Origin: a virus
Length of the DNA stretch: 64,000 nucleotides
Reading direction: 5' to 3' (one strand)
Virus record (IMG/VR): IMGVR_UViG_3300031758_000006
Shown here piece by piece: positions 63,849 through 64,000 of the stretch. Position numbers and translations under genes: made by a program. The notes under the pieces were generated by a model. That model saw only the letters and a program-made list of their open reading frames with translations. It was not told the DNA's origin and did not search any database. Position 1 is the first letter of the stretch, and every line of letters begins with the position of its first letter.

Positions 63849-64000
63849 TAGTTATTACATAATATATTAAAGTTTATACCGACATTAATTTCAATTGTGT
63901 CTGTTGGGTCAATTGGTATACAGTTATTATTATACACCGAAACCGTTTCCTTTGTTTGGTCAATGAAATAACTTAATCCGGAATCCTGTAATTCATCAAG
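63848..64000 (-). CDS. 3' end of a gene running off the window
   Basis: Open frame ending ..IEINVGINFNILCNN-TAA, TAATG-coupled to the next gene. Confidence 0.7.
   Translation of the reverse strand, partial: LDELQDSGLSYFIDQTKETVSVYNNNCIPIDPTDTIEINVGINFNILCNN

Noticed and set aside
1-64000. Stop-codon reassignment (code 15 or 4), common in some Bacteroidota phages
   Set aside because: Conserved genes are full length under the standard code, coding density is high, and TAG and TGA both occur as apparent true stops
1-64000. CRISPR array, tRNA, rRNA, tmRNA
   Set aside because: No repeat-spacer periodicity and no cloverleaf or T-loop signature seen in the short intergenic gaps; tRNAscan and Infernal were not run
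1-64000. Reverse transcriptase systems (DGR, retron), integrase, transposase, introns, inteins
   Set aside because: No YxDD RT motif, recombinase motif, long near-identical TR/VR pair or intein terminal motif recognised
1-64000. Bacterial chromosome or eukaryotic giant virus origin
   Set aside because: Housekeeping-like genes are scattered out of their usual operons among many small hypothetical ORFs, arguing against a chromosome; sigma factors and bacterial promoters argue against NCLDV. No capsid, portal or terminase gene is in this window, so the phage call rests on context

Overview
AT-rich, gene-dense, standard-code 64 kb segment that I interpret as part of a large (jumbo-type) tailed phage of a Bacteroidota host. 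Host evidence: six TTTG-N19/20-TAnnTTTG promoters, no evident Shine-Dalgarno sequences, a Bacteroidota-type primary sigma factor, DnaK ending VEFEEVK, an Hc1-like protein, lipoboxes of the LxSC type and SprB repeats. Most genes are on the minus strand and many are coupled by TAATG/ATGA overlaps. Recognisable functions: DnaK, DnaJ, thioredoxin, glutaredoxin, two sigma factors, SbcC/SbcD-like nuclease pair, primase, PD-(D/E)XK exonuclease, RuvC-like resolvase, RNA ligase with likely end-healing enzymes, NUDIX, AAA ATPase, RlpA, an amidase lysis module, and Cys/Gly/Thr-rich virion adhesin-like proteins at both ends. Best candidates for new biology: (1) a plant SERGT1/HPAT-like protein O-glycosyltransferase inside a module of virion proteins with mucin-like Pro/Thr linkers; (2) an inverted-repeat-bounded, repeat-containing putative ncRNA directly after a DIP1984-like gene; (3) a set of TATTTAT-promoter genes sharing an N-terminal (L/I)xE leader, suggesting protease-matured capsid cargo (an ECF sigma factor, an HExxH protein, a pre-toxin-like protein, an LRR protein); (4) a SbcD C-terminal domain apparently moved onto SbcC. 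All family calls come from motif recognition by eye; no database search was run.
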